A DNA stretch of 64,000 nucleotides from assembly GCA_043812955.1 (NCBI GenBank), contig JBDRLN010000066.1:885-64884 (forward strand), read 5' to 3'. Position numbers and translations under genes: made by a program. This document shows, one piece after another, positions 50,342 to 60,113 of the stretch. Below the pieces are notes generated by a model. That model was not told the DNA's origin. It worked only from the letters and a program-made list of their open reading frames with translations, and did not search any database. Positions within the stretch are counted from its first letter, which is position 1, and every line of letters begins with the position of its first letter. The stretch comes from Candidatus Omnitrophota bacterium (GTDB lineage: Bacteria > Omnitrophota > Gorgyraeia > Gygaellales > Profunditerraquicolaceae).

Positions 50342-50854
50342 ATGCGTAATAAGGGTTTTACCTTAATTGAACTTATTGTGGTTATCGGAATCATCGCTGT
50401 TTTAGCTGCTGTTATTGCGCCTAGCGCTTTTAAGGCTATTGAAAAGTCTAAAGTAGCCGGTACTCTCGGCGACCACCGTGCAGTCAAGACCGCTGCTTTG
50501 ACGTATTATGGTGATACCGGAGTTTGGCCGGCTGATGGCGCAACTACAGTTGGATTGGTAACAACTAGCGGCGTTGTCGGCTGGGATGGCCCATATCTAG
50601 AAAAGTGGCCGCCAAGGGCAAAGTGGAATGGATTATACTCTTTTCAGAGGGATGCTCTGCAAAACTGGAACGGAGTTGGTCCCGGAGATCTGGGTAGTTA
50701 TTTTCAGGCAACCTTGGTTCCTTTGGCTTCAGCCCAGATGATTGATACGCAAATAGATCGCGCGGTTAGCGGTGTTGCCGGGTTGATACGTTATGCCGGC
50801 GCAGGCAACATAAACGTGAACATGTTCATTGCTGCCGACGTAGGAGTAAACTAG
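50342..50854 (+). CDS. pilA: Type IV pilin (major pilin candidate)
   Basis: Class III signal MRNKG|FTLIELIVVIGIIAVLAAV with Glu at +5; 170 aa; strong GGAGG RBS and a strong terminator downstream. Confidence 0.8.
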   Translation: MRNKGFTLIELIVVIGIIAVLAAVIAPSAFKAIEKSKVAGTLGDHRAVKTAALTYYGDTGVWPADGATTVGLVTTSGVVGWDGPYLEKWPPRAKWNGLYSFQRDALQNWNGVGPGDLGSYFQATLVPLASAQMIDTQIDRAVSGVAGLIRYAGAGNINVNMFIAADVGVN

Positions 50855-50868
50855 TTTTTTTACAAAAA

Positions 50869-50924
50869 GAAGGGATAGGGATGGGCAGGGGAATATATTT
50901 GCCTTGCTTATCCCTTTTTTTATT
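50869..50924 (+). terminator. Rho-independent terminator after pilA
   Basis: gaagggataggg...gcttatccctt followed by a T7 run. Confidence 0.65.
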
Positions 50925-51042
50925 GGAATTGCCGCGGGATCAAGCCGCCTAACTATAGAATTATTGTTGTTTTTATAATACTTTATAATATAATGTATTA
51001 GAGAAAATAAAATATCAGGTATTAGTATTAGAGTGAGGTCAA

Positions 51043-51555
51043 ATGAATAAAAAAGCTTTTACCTTAACAGAGTTAATCGTAGTTCTGTCCATCCTTTTCA
51101 TTTTAGTGGCAATTATAGTTCCTTCAGTGACGAATCTAATTCAAAAAGGCCGGGATGCCCGCAGGCTGGCTGATATGAATGCGGTGCAGGTAGCCTTGGA
51201 ATTTTACTATGAGGCCAACGGCGCATATCCTCCTTCCGATGGCCAGGGTTGCGCTCCCTGGGATACTCCGGGAGACGGAGATTTTATCCAGCCGCTTAAG
51301 ACCGGTGGGTATATTCCCAGTAATATTAGAGATCCGGTAACTAATAACAACTGCGCAAATTATCGTTATAACCGTTATGCCGCTGGTAGTGGCGGTTGCG
51401 CTGCCGCTTTAGGAGCTTTTTATGTTTTGGGGATTGTTGATATGGAGACCAGCCTTGGGACTTACCTAGACAGCCCGGGTTTTAGTTGTACTACAAACTG
51501 GGGGTTGCCGTCGGGGCATGAATGGGTGACCGGAAGATATGAACAAATTTTCTAG
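51043..51555 (+). CDS. Type IV pilin paralogue (Ala at -1, six C-terminal Cys)
   Basis: MNKKA|FTLTELIVVLSILFILVAII prepilin N-terminus; 170 aa; own AT-rich promoter region. Confidence 0.8.
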   Translation: MNKKAFTLTELIVVLSILFILVAIIVPSVTNLIQKGRDARRLADMNAVQVALEFYYEANGAYPPSDGQGCAPWDTPGDGDFIQPLKTGGYIPSNIRDPVTNNNCANYRYNRYAAGSGGCAAALGAFYVLGIVDMETSLGTYLDSPGFSCTTNWGLPSGHEWVTGRYEQIF

Positions 51556-51574
51556 AAATTAGAAAGCCTTAACC

Positions 51575-52288
51575 ATGGCCCAGTCAATTTTAATCCAAAA
51601 TATCAACAAGGTTTTTAAAAAAACCAGGGCCTTAGACCAGGTGAGCCTGGAGATCAGGCCAGGCGAGATCTTTGGTCTCTTGGGCCTTAACGGCGCAGGC
51701 AAGACCACGCTTTTAAAATGCCTGATGAAACTGATGGAGCCCGATAGCGGGGAGATATTTTTTAAAGAAAGGCTGCTTTCAAGTTTAGATATTCAAAAAA
51801 CATTTGGTTTCCTGCCGGAGAATTTCCTCCCGCCGCCAACCTTAAGCGCCCAAGAATTGTTAAAGATTATGAGTTGGGGTTTTCATCTGCCGCCTCAGAG
51901 GGTGGATATCTGTTTAGGGCAGGTAGGGATGAAGGAGCAGAAAAATAAGTTAATCAAGGCTTATTCCCGGGGTATGATCCAACGTTTAGGATTAGCTATA
52001 GCTATGCTTAAGGACCCGGAGGTGATAATTTTGGATGAGCCGACTTTAGGTTTAGATCCTTTGGGCCAGAGCCAGATACTCCAACTTTTAACCGATTTAA
52101 ACCGACAGGGTAAGACCATCTTTTTTTCCTCGCATATCCTATCCCAGATGGAGAAGGTCTGCCAGCGGATCGGGATAATCCATCAGGGTAAAATAAAATT
52201 TTTAGGGACAGTAAAAGAGATTATCCGAAAACACGGGGTTTCTTCTTTGGAAGAGGCATTTTTACTAGAGTTAAAAAACAAAAATTAA
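51575..52288 (+). CDS. ABC transporter ATP-binding protein embedded in the pilus locus (PilH-like position)
   Basis: Walker A GLNGAGKTT, signature YSRGMIQRL, Walker B ILDEPTLGLD. Confidence 0.85.
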   Translation: MAQSILIQNINKVFKKTRALDQVSLEIRPGEIFGLLGLNGAGKTTLLKCLMKLMEPDSGEIFFKERLLSSLDIQKTFGFLPENFLPPPTLSAQELLKIMSWGFHLPPQRVDICLGQVGMKEQKNKLIKAYSRGMIQRLGLAIAMLKDPEVIILDEPTLGLDPLGQSQILQLLTDLNRQGKTIFFSSHILSQMEKVCQRIGIIHQGKIKFLGTVKEIIRKHGVSSLEEAFLLELKNKN

Positions 52289-52301
52289 AACCGGATTAAT
52301 A

Positions 52302-53069
52302 ATGATGCGCAGGATATTTTCCGTAGCCTTTTTAAATTTTAAACAAGGGGTAAGAGAAAAGATTTTTCTGGGGGTAATTTTTTTCTTTATCTTCTTTTTG
52401 GCCCTTTGCCTGTTTTTAGGAGAACTTTCCGCGGGAGAGAGCCAGAAGGTTTTAAGAAGCGCAGGGTTAGCCGGCATAGAGCTAAGCAGCGTGATCTTGG
52501 TGATTTTTAGCTTAGTGCTCAGTTTTTATAAGGATAAGGAAACGCATTTTATGGAAATCTGCCTTGGGTATTACCGCCGCACAGAATACCTTAGCGGAAA
52601 GCTCATCGGCTTTCTTTTTATCTGCCTAACTTATCTTTTTCTTTGCGCTTTAGGTTATAGCCTGCTGCTTTGGTTATACCAGGCCTTCTTATGGCCGGTT
52701 TTAGCCGGGGTAGCGGCCTTGTTTTTAAAACTGGTTATTATTATCTCTCTGGCCCTACTTTCCTGTTGTATATTTTCCTCTTCGCTAGTGGCTTTAATGG
52801 CAAGTTTATTTGTTTATTTGGCTAGCGAAAGGGCTTATATGGCTTTGCAGATAGTGGCCTTGGACAATAAAGGCGATATAAGCTTAAAGCTATTTAAATT
52901 ACTATATTATTCTTTACCGAATATGAACCGACTGGATATTAAACCGTTAGTAATTTATGGTAAACTTCCGGACTTAAATTTTATTTTATCTTTAAGCCTT
53001 TACAGCCTAACCTACGCTCTACTATTATGGTTAATAGCCAGGTTAATTTTTTTAAAAAAAGAATATTAA
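52302..53069 (+). CDS. ABC-2-type transporter permease (PilI-like position)
   Basis: Six predicted TM helices, no other domains; immediately follows the ABC ATPase. Confidence 0.6.
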   Translation: MMRRIFSVAFLNFKQGVREKIFLGVIFFFIFFLALCLFLGELSAGESQKVLRSAGLAGIELSSVILVIFSLVLSFYKDKETHFMEICLGYYRRTEYLSGKLIGFLFICLTYLFLCALGYSLLLWLYQAFLWPVLAGVAALFLKLVIIISLALLSCCIFSSSLVALMASLFVYLASERAYMALQIVALDNKGDISLKLFKLLYYSLPNMNRLDIKPLVIYGKLPDLNFILSLSLYSLTYALLLWLIARLIFLKKEY

Positions 53070-53896
53070 TTTCTGGGCTTTCTTTTTTTTTAATCCCCGC
53101 ACTCCTTGTTATTTCTTTCTGGGGGTCTCTGTTTTTAGAGCGCCGTTTCCCCCCAAATAAAGAACTATTTTATTATGTCCCGCCTACGCCTTACCTGAAA
53201 TTAATCAGCGGAAGTTTCCAGAGTTTTTGCGCGGATTTCTTTTATATCCGGGGAGTAATGGCTATTACCGATAATATTAAAGAGAACTCGCAATGGATTG
53301 ACCGGGTGCAGGGTAATTTTAGGGCGGCTATTGCCCTGGATCCGGATATGCTGCAGGCTTATTTTTTTTCCGGGGTAGTGGTAGCGAATGATCAGGAGGG
53401 GCTGGAAAAAGGAATCGCTTTTCTTAAAGAAGGGGCTAAGCAGAATACTAAATCCTGGCAGATCCTTTACTGGCTGGGGTTTAATTATTATCAGTCCGGG
53501 GATTATCTTAAGGCTGCTGAGTATTATGAGCGAGCGTCTAATTTAGCCGGGGCGCCCAAATTCTTAAAGAGTATTCAACCGATGCAGTATTATAAGGCCC
53601 GCCGGGCAGATTTAGGCGTAGCTTATCTGGAAGGGCTCTTAGAATCAGTAAAAGACCCGCAGCAACTGGAATGGATTAAGTTCAAGCTGGAGTGGCTGAA
53701 GAATATAGTTATTTTAGAAAAGCAGGTAAATCAGTTTATCAAGATTTACGGTTATTCTCCGGATAGCCTGGAAGATTTATTAAAAATGCGGCTGATCGAT
53801 AAAATACCCGCTGATCCTTTTGGCGCAGGGTATTATTTAGATAAGGAGTCCGGGAGGATCAAAAGCAAATTCGGCCTCCCGGGCAGTAATAAATAA
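53027..53896 (+). CDS. Membrane-anchored TPR-repeat protein (PilF/PilW/Tgl-like candidate)
   Basis: N-terminal TM/signal anchor then TPR-like helical repeats (WQILYWLGFNYYQSGDYLKAAEYYERA). The true start probably lies downstream of the overlap with the permease. Confidence 0.65.
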   Translation: MVNSQVNFFKKRILISGLSFFLIPALLVISFWGSLFLERRFPPNKELFYYVPPTPYLKLISGSFQSFCADFFYIRGVMAITDNIKENSQWIDRVQGNFRAAIALDPDMLQAYFFSGVVVANDQEGLEKGIAFLKEGAKQNTKSWQILYWLGFNYYQSGDYLKAAEYYERASNLAGAPKFLKSIQPMQYYKARRADLGVAYLEGLLESVKDPQQLEWIKFKLEWLKNIVILEKQVNQFIKIYGYSPDSLEDLLKMRLIDKIPADPFGAGYYLDKESGRIKSKFGLPGSNK

Positions 53897-53913
53897 GTTA
53901 AAAATCACCATGG

Positions 53914-54375
53914 GTGTGTTTAATGTTAGGATTAGTTATTAAAAATAAGGCTTTTACTCTGACGGAAATGATGGCGGTTATAGCTATAATAACTGTAGTA
54001 GCTGCAACCACGCTGGTTTCTTTTGCTAAACTGGGAAACACAAAACTGGATGCTGATATTAATAAGGTGGTGGCAGATTTAAGCTGGCTGCGCCAGGTGA
54101 GTATCAGCTCTCACCAGAATTATGGTGTTTCCATTGATACTGTTAATAGATCTTATTCTCTTTATGTTTCACCAACCGGCACAATCGCTGATTTCATTCC
54201 GGCTAATTTTTTGAAGAAGACCAATTTAGATGCGGCCTTAGCTTCATCAGCCAACGCCGCCTGGTTTTATTTTCCTCAAGGCAGAAGCAGCGCTGTTTCT
54301 ATTACCTTGACTAAAAGCGGAAGGTCAAGGGATGTCACTTTATTTGATAGCGGTTATGTTAAGAAGGGCCCATGA
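53914..54375 (+). CDS. Pseudopilin/minor pilin (Ala at -1)
   Basis: ...KNKA|FTLTEMMAVIAIITVVAA prepilin motif. The track start is a GTG; an ATG at 53923 is an alternative. Confidence 0.75.
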   Translation: MCLMLGLVIKNKAFTLTEMMAVIAIITVVAATTLVSFAKLGNTKLDADINKVVADLSWLRQVSISSHQNYGVSIDTVNRSYSLYVSPTGTIADFIPANFLKKTNLDAALASSANAAWFYFPQGRSSAVSITLTKSGRSRDVTLFDSGYVKKGP

Positions 54376-54749
54376 GAAAACGAGCCTTTAGTCTTATTGA
54401 GATGGCTTTAGCGGTAGCCATTTTCACTATTGTAGGCCAGGGTATGCTGTCTATATTCTGGCAGGGGGCAAAAGTCACCTATCTTAACCAGCAGCGGGCG
54501 ATTGCTTATAATCTGGCCCGGGAGAAGATGGAAGAAGAATACAAGATTCTTCCCTGGCCTCCGAATCCGGTTCCGGTTAATGAAGCTCGCGCAGTAGTAG
54601 ACCCAGTTTTGTTTCCGGGTTATGAAAGGGAAGTGATAATTACTGTTCCCTATTTTGGTTATAATGGCCTGTGTCTTATTAGAGTTAATGTTTGGTGGGA
54701 TAGCGGCAGGCAGACCTCTTATTTAGAAACATTAAAAGCGGATTATTAA
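54372..54749 (+). CDS. Pseudopilin/minor pilin (Ala at -1; GspI/PilV-like size)
   Basis: MRKRA|FSLIEMALAVAIFTIV; 125 aa; translationally coupled to the upstream gene. Confidence 0.75.
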   Translation: MRKRAFSLIEMALAVAIFTIVGQGMLSIFWQGAKVTYLNQQRAIAYNLAREKMEEEYKILPWPPNPVPVNEARAVVDPVLFPGYEREVIITVPYFGYNGLCLIRVNVWWDSGRQTSYLETLKADY

Positions 54750-54759
54750 AAAGCATGTT

Positions 54760-54807
54760 CACCCCGTAGGTGGACATAGGTTAAGTATGTTATCCACCTA
54801 CGGGGTG
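54760..54807. repeat. Hairpin repeat family B copy
   Basis: caccccgtaggtgga-cataggttaagtatgtta-tccacctacggggtg. Confidence 0.85.
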
Positions 54808-54838
54808 GATAGCAGGTTTAACCTAGTATTGTAAAAAT

Positions 54839-55420
54839 ATGTTGAGACAGATTAGAAAAAAAGCTGGTTTTTCCCTATTAGAAACCGCTGTTGCTACTGC
54901 TGTTTTGACCTTGGTAATGGTTGCTTTGGCTCAAATGTTCCTTTCCGTCAACCTATCTCGGCAGAAACAAGAACGGACTTTAGATGTCTTGCGTAATGCC
55001 AAACTGGCTATGGAATATATGGCGAATGAGATCCGGACTGCACGCTTTAGCTTGGTTATGGATACCACACAAGGGGGCATTACTGACAGCCTGTATTTTC
55101 AGATAACTAGCGCGGGAAGGATTTGGTATTGGAGGGGAAACGCAGGGTTATATGGGAGCGCGGATGTAATCTATCGGGGAGTAGATAGTTTTCCAATAAA
55201 TGCCAACCTGGTTCTTTCTCTAAGGGAGGCTAATCTAAGCGCTACTAAAAGCGAATTAGCCAATCTGGTAATAACTCCTAACCCCAGCACTAATAATATT
55301 TTCGCCGATAATGGGAATCTGATTACTATTGAATTGACTTTTAGGCCTTTGCCGGCTAGCCCGGCATTAGGAGCTAACCGTAATTATACCTTGCGCACCC
55401 AGGTAAGAACGAGAAATTAG
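54839..55420 (+). CDS. Pseudopilin/minor pilin (GspJ/PilW-like)
   Basis: MLRQIRKKAG|FSLLETAVATAVLTLVM prepilin motif; 193 aa. Confidence 0.75.
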   Translation: MLRQIRKKAGFSLLETAVATAVLTLVMVALAQMFLSVNLSRQKQERTLDVLRNAKLAMEYMANEIRTARFSLVMDTTQGGITDSLYFQITSAGRIWYWRGNAGLYGSADVIYRGVDSFPINANLVLSLREANLSATKSELANLVITPNPSTNNIFADNGNLITIELTFRPLPASPALGANRNYTLRTQVRTRN

Positions 55421-55810
55421 ATGAGACAACTCAAAGGGCAGGCTTTATTTTTGGTTTTTTTTCTTTTAATGACAGTAGCTGTGCTGGGAGCGGCCTTGGC
55501 AGTTATGCTCAGGTCAGATATGTATACCTCTTATTTAGGCCGGGAGGGGACAGCTGCTTTTTATCTGGCCCAGGCCGGCGTGGAAAGGGCTAAAGCGGAA
55601 TTAAGATATTCTGGTTTAGGCTGGGGTTGGACAGGACCTGCGAATGAAGCTTTCCCAGGAGGAGGCACGTATAGCGTAACCGTAGCTCCCGCTGGTGGCA
55701 ACAGAATTATTACCGCTATCGGTAGGTTCAGAAAATCAGAGAGACAAATACAGGTTACCGTTCAAAATAGTCCTTATCAACAAGTGCCTGGGACTTGGGG
55801 GGAGATTTAG
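55421..55810 (+). CDS. PilX-N-like minor pilin (no Glu5)
   Basis: MRQLKGQALFLVFFLLMTVAVLGAALAVML...AQAGVERAKAEL resembles the PilX N-terminal domain. Confidence 0.6.
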   Translation: MRQLKGQALFLVFFLLMTVAVLGAALAVMLRSDMYTSYLGREGTAAFYLAQAGVERAKAELRYSGLGWGWTGPANEAFPGGGTYSVTVAPAGGNRIITAIGRFRKSERQIQVTVQNSPYQQVPGTWGEI

Positions 55811-55811
55811 T

Positions 55812-57023
55812 ATGCCGAATTACAGTTATAAGGCCCGGGATCATTCCGGCCGTTTAATCAAGGGTATAATAACAGCGGATAATGAAAATGATTTGCGTGA
55901 TCGCGTAGGAAAAACAGGGTATTTTCTTACCCATTTTCAGGTTACTCTTTCTTCAGCCAAGATACAAGCCAAAGCTATTTCTAAACCTATCACCCAACGT
56001 GATGTTTTGGAATTTACCATACAGTTAGCCATCTCTTTGGATGTAGGGATATCTTTATTAGCTGTCCTCAAGGATATTGCCAGAACTACGCCTTCTAAAT
56101 CCCTAAAGGCGATTGTGGAGGATATAACCCGCAGGGTTGAATCCGGGTCTTCCCTGAAAGATGCTTTACAATTTCATTCCAACTCTTTTTCTAAGATGTA
56201 TATTTCTATTGTCAGCGCAGGCGAGAGCACCGGTAAATTAGCCATGGTTATGGCTGATCTGGGCAAGCTTTTAGAGTGGCAGATGGAGTTAAAGGCCAGG
56301 ATTCAAGAGGCTTCTGTTTATCCGATAATATTATTTACCGTAATGACCGGGGTAGTTTTGCTTTTAATAATGGTAGTCATTCCCAGATTTGAACCGATGT
56401 TCAAGGAGATGGGGGTAGCCTTGCCTCTTCCTACCCTTTTTGTTATGGGCCTGAGCAGTTTTCTGTGTACTTTTTGGTGGATGGGCCTGTTGGGTATAGG
56501 CGCTTTGGTTTGGTTTTTTATATATGTTAAATCAAATGAGATCCTGCGTTACAAATTAGACAGATTGAAATTGAATCTGCCTATTGTGGGAAGTCTGTTG
56601 AATAAAATCGCCCTGTCTCAGTTTACCCACACCTTTTCTTTGGCCTTAGCATCAGGAGTGGATGTTTTTACGGCTATGACTCTGGCTGCGGAGGTAACCG
56701 GAAATGATTACCTGGAAAAGACGATAATGAAAGCCAGGGATTACGTGAATGTAGGAGAAAAGATATCTACCTCTTTGGAGAAAGCGGGTGATTTTCCGGG
56801 TATTGTGGTGCGCATGATTAATATCGGGGAGCAAACCGGACGGCTCTCAGTCAGCCTGAATAAGGTAAATGAATTTTATGATCGGGAAGTGCCGGCTACG
56901 GTAAAAAAAATGTTTGCGCTTTTTGAGCCGATAATGATTGTAACTATGGGTGTTGTAGTCGGAGGCATTGCGCTGGCAGTATTCCTGCCTATGGTGCAAT
57001 TGATTAGCAATATAGGGGGTTAA
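55812..57023 (+). CDS. pilC: Type IV pilus platform protein (GspF/PilC family)
   Basis: Two T2SSF repeats with three TM helices. Start moved to MPNYSYKARD (track ORF begins at 55695 inside the previous gene). Confidence 0.9.
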   Translation: MPNYSYKARDHSGRLIKGIITADNENDLRDRVGKTGYFLTHFQVTLSSAKIQAKAISKPITQRDVLEFTIQLAISLDVGISLLAVLKDIARTTPSKSLKAIVEDITRRVESGSSLKDALQFHSNSFSKMYISIVSAGESTGKLAMVMADLGKLLEWQMELKARIQEASVYPIILFTVMTGVVLLLIMVVIPRFEPMFKEMGVALPLPTLFVMGLSSFLCTFWWMGLLGIGALVWFFIYVKSNEILRYKLDRLKLNLPIVGSLLNKIALSQFTHTFSLALASGVDVFTAMTLAAEVTGNDYLEKTIMKARDYVNVGEKISTSLEKAGDFPGIVVRMINIGEQTGRLSVSLNKVNEFYDREVPATVKKMFALFEPIMIVTMGVVVGGIALAVFLPMVQLISNIGG

Positions 57024-57026
57024 TTT

Positions 57027-58784
57027 ATGCCTGATTTTTCAATAGGTATAGATATCGGAAGCCGGAATACTAAAGTGGTAGTTTTAGAGGGGAAGAATAA
57101 CCTGCTTCTTAACGATATGTTTATTTTTCCTACGCCCGCCCCTACCTTTACGGCGGGACGCACGCAGATGGAGGCAGGGCCATTTTTAGAGGAACTCGAC
57201 CGTTTTATCCGGCCTGAGGTTTTGCGGGCGGCAAAGGTGGGGATAAATATGCCCCAAACATCTATTACTGTCATGTCTGTTTTTCTCCCTAAAATAAATA
57301 AGAGAGAGCTGGAATTTGCGGCAATAAACGAAGCCAAGCAAAAGATGTTCCCGACATCCGGGCCCGAGCATATATTTAGATGTGTTTTTTTTGGCGAGCG
57401 GACCGTAGACAAAATTACCAAATCCGAGATCCTGGTGATCCGGGTTGAAAATACGCCAGTAAATAGGTTTTTAACCATATTCAATGAACGTAACGTGACT
57501 CCCTACTTGATTACGCCCAATCCCTGCGTCCTGCCGAATATTTTGCCCAAGGAGGCCTGGAAAAAAGATGAACCAGTGCTTTTGGTGGATATGGGAGCTA
57601 ATTCGATAAACATATCTATATATCGTAATTTAAGCTTAGTTTTTATGCGTAATCTCTCTCTTGGGATTGAAGAGATTTTGCTGGATATAGCCCGCCAGTT
57701 GCAGATGCCTCAGGAGCGGGTGGTTAAAGCAGTCTTGGAAAAAGGAATCCCGGAAGTCGATTTTGATTTTAAGGATAAGGTAGCGGTGGCTGAAGAAATA
57801 ATGCGCCAGAAATATGAAACAGGTGAATACGATAAAGAATCGTCAAAGCAGGAGATTAATCTCCTGGAATTAAAAGTGCTTTGGCAGCCGCATATCGAAA
57901 GAATAATTCAGGAGTTAAGGAAAACCTTTGTTTATTACAAAGAACAGTCAAAAAGCGGGCGTATTGAGCAGGTGTTTTTTTTAGGCGGCGGCAGTCAAAT
58001 AAAAAATCTTATCCCTATTTTAATCAACAATATAGGCGGGGGGAGTAAATTAGTCCTGCCCTTTTCCGGAGTGCAGATTCCCAAAGAGAAAGAAATAAAA
58101 GATGAGGCCCTGGCAACTCCTATATATGCGGGGGCAGTAAGCCTGGCCTTAGCTTTGCCGTTGGTTAAGCAAGGCCACTCGGCAGTAGTTAATTTTTTAC
58201 CTAAGGAGATTAGTCAAAAAGAAGTATACCAGGCAAGAAGATTAGTATTATTAATAACCTGCGGCGTATTTATTTTAGTTATGGCAATAATGTCAGCTCA
58301 AGTTTTTTTTAATAAAATGATACATAAAAAGAATATAGAGTTTGTAGAGTATGACTTAACCGAGCTTAAAGACGTGGCTAATCAGCTTAGGGACATGGAG
58401 CAGAAGTCAAATTTGTTGAGCCGGCGGATAGCCGAGACTACAAAGATCGCTGGAGAAAATTCCGGTTACCTGGGTTTCTTAGGGGGGTTAATTGTTAATG
58501 TGCCCCCGCAAATCTTATTAAGGGGATTTGATTTATTGGGCAATGCCTTAAAGATAGAAGCTCAGGTGTTTGCGGATTACGAAGATGCCGCCAGGGTTAT
58601 TATGGAATTTAGAAAAAACTTGAAGGCCCTGGGCAGTTTAAATAATATAAATATTACTTCCCTGGAATTGGAAAAGATTTCCCCCCAACCGAGGGACAGT
58701 GTAGCCGGCGGCAATATCGATTTGCGTCTTACCCAGTCCCAGGCCAGGAATTTCAGCCTAAGCGCGGAAGTCAGCAATAAATGA
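57027..58784 (+). CDS. PilM-like actin-fold ATPase fused to a PilN-like TM + coiled-coil module
   Basis: N-terminal FSIGIDIGSRNTKVVVLEG and LLVDMGANSINISIY / FFLGGGSQ actin-like motifs. A TM helix RLVLLITCGVFILVMAIMS at ~aa 400 is followed by a coiled-coil periplasmic region; 585 aa. Confidence 0.75.
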   Translation: MPDFSIGIDIGSRNTKVVVLEGKNNLLLNDMFIFPTPAPTFTAGRTQMEAGPFLEELDRFIRPEVLRAAKVGINMPQTSITVMSVFLPKINKRELEFAAINEAKQKMFPTSGPEHIFRCVFFGERTVDKITKSEILVIRVENTPVNRFLTIFNERNVTPYLITPNPCVLPNILPKEAWKKDEPVLLVDMGANSINISIYRNLSLVFMRNLSLGIEEILLDIARQLQMPQERVVKAVLEKGIPEVDFDFKDKVAVAEEIMRQKYETGEYDKESSKQEINLLELKVLWQPHIERIIQELRKTFVYYKEQSKSGRIEQVFFLGGGSQIKNLIPILINNIGGGSKLVLPFSGVQIPKEKEIKDEALATPIYAGAVSLALALPLVKQGHSAVVNFLPKEISQKEVYQARRLVLLITCGVFILVMAIMSAQVFFNKMIHKKNIEFVEYDLTELKDVANQLRDMEQKSNLLSRRIAETTKIAGENSGYLGFLGGLIVNVPPQILLRGFDLLGNALKIEAQVFADYEDAARVIMEFRKNLKALGSLNNINITSLELEKISPQPRDSVAGGNIDLRLTQSQARNFSLSAEVSNK

Positions 58785-59500
58785 AGAAGATAGACATATT
58801 TTTAATTATAGTAGGCGGGCTTAGCTTGTTGGGCCTGACACTTTTTTTCATAATACAATTTAAGGAAGATGCTTTGCTGCGCGGGATGTTACATGAAAAG
58901 AAAAGCGAGCTGGCTAGGGCCCAGACTGCTAATTTACGCTTAGAGGATTTAAAGAAACGGGGTGAAAATCTACAGGAGAAAGAGAAGGTATTGTATGCAA
59001 AGGTGCCGCTGGAAAATGATGACCTATTTGGGGCAATTAAGACATTAACCGGGGTGGCTAATAATTTAGGGTTAAGGGCGGTTACCTTTGAGATTAAAAA
59101 TGAGCTTTCCGATCAAGAACAGAAATCAGCCTCGGGAAAGATTGGAAACATATTTTCTTTAGGGGTTAAATTAAAAAGCAAATTTGTGCCTTCAGAGGAG
59201 AACATTGGTGCCGCCTCCCCAAATGAACAGGAATCTTCAATTCCGTCAGGTCCGGGGGAAGCGTCTACGCAGGAACAAGGAGATAAACAACCAGGAGAAG
59301 AATTTAAATCAACCGCAGGCCCTAAGAGAATATATTTAGAGATGAATTTCGAGAGCCTTCTTTCTCCGGCGTTTTCTTTTCTAAAACAGGTCAGCAAGAT
59401 AGATAGGCTGGTGACGGTAGAGGGAATAAAGATAATCCGAGAGGAAGCAATTCTTCCTTACCAGAGTTTTTCTCTGGTCTTAGCCGTTTATGTTTATTGA
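58781..59500 (+). CDS. PilO-like bitopic membrane protein
   Basis: N-terminal TM helix, coiled coil, then an alpha/beta C-terminal region; it sits after the PilM-N fusion. Confidence 0.5.
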   Translation: MKKIDIFLIIVGGLSLLGLTLFFIIQFKEDALLRGMLHEKKSELARAQTANLRLEDLKKRGENLQEKEKVLYAKVPLENDDLFGAIKTLTGVANNLGLRAVTFEIKNELSDQEQKSASGKIGNIFSLGVKLKSKFVPSEENIGAASPNEQESSIPSGPGEASTQEQGDKQPGEEFKSTAGPKRIYLEMNFESLLSPAFSFLKQVSKIDRLVTVEGIKIIREEAILPYQSFSLVLAVYVY

Positions 59501-60113
59501 GCCTTTTTATAAATGTATGAATACTCAGAGGATTAAGAAAAAAAATATTGGTGGATTCACCCCTACACCTTTTATATATTTAAATAGTTTTAGATTGATA
59601 GACTGTTTAAAGCGATTGAATAACAAAAAGGTGCGGGGGTTTACCATTATTGAATTAACAATAGTTATTTTAATAATCGGTATTTTGGCAGTTTTAACCC
59701 TGCCTCGTTTTGGCAGTTTTTATGAGATCAAACTCCACGGCGCGGTTAAAAAAGTAATTTCCGATATAAGATATGCCCAGCAGTTGGCGATTTCCAGCCA
59801 CAGCGATTACCGGGTAAATTTTTCCGGCAATAGTTATAATGTCCGGTGGGTAACTGATGGCGCGTACGCCATCAGCCCTTTTACCCGGGGGAATCTGGCA
59901 ATAGATTTTAATACTGATCAGCAGTATAAAGGAATAACCATTAGTAACCCGAGTTTCGCCGGTACCACAGATTTAAGATTTAATTGGCAGGGTAATCCTT
60001 TAGGCGGCACTGGCGGGGATTTAATTACACCAGGGCAAGTTACCTTTTCATACCAGGGAAACAGCCTGACTATTTATGTTGAGCCCGGGACAGGAAAAGT
60101 GAGCTGGCAATGA
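59490..60113 (+). CDS. Pseudopilin with apparent ~50-aa leader (alternative GTG start at 59631 gives leader MRG)
   Basis: ...KVRG|FTIIELTIVILIIGILAVL prepilin motif. The upstream 80 nt are nucleotide-conserved with the region before the gene at 60640. Confidence 0.7.
   Translation: MFIEPFYKCMNTQRIKKKNIGGFTPTPFIYLNSFRLIDCLKRLNNKKVRGFTIIELTIVILIIGILAVLTLPRFGSFYEIKLHGAVKKVISDIRYAQQLAISSHSDYRVNFSGNSYNVRWVTDGAYAISPFTRGNLAIDFNTDQQYKGITISNPSFAGTTDLRFNWQGNPLGGTGGDLITPGQVTFSYQGNSLTIYVEPGTGKVSWQ

Noticed and set aside
57020-57484. 154-aa minus-strand ORF spanning the pilC-pilM junction
   Set aside because: It overlaps two strongly supported + strand genes; no domain signal.
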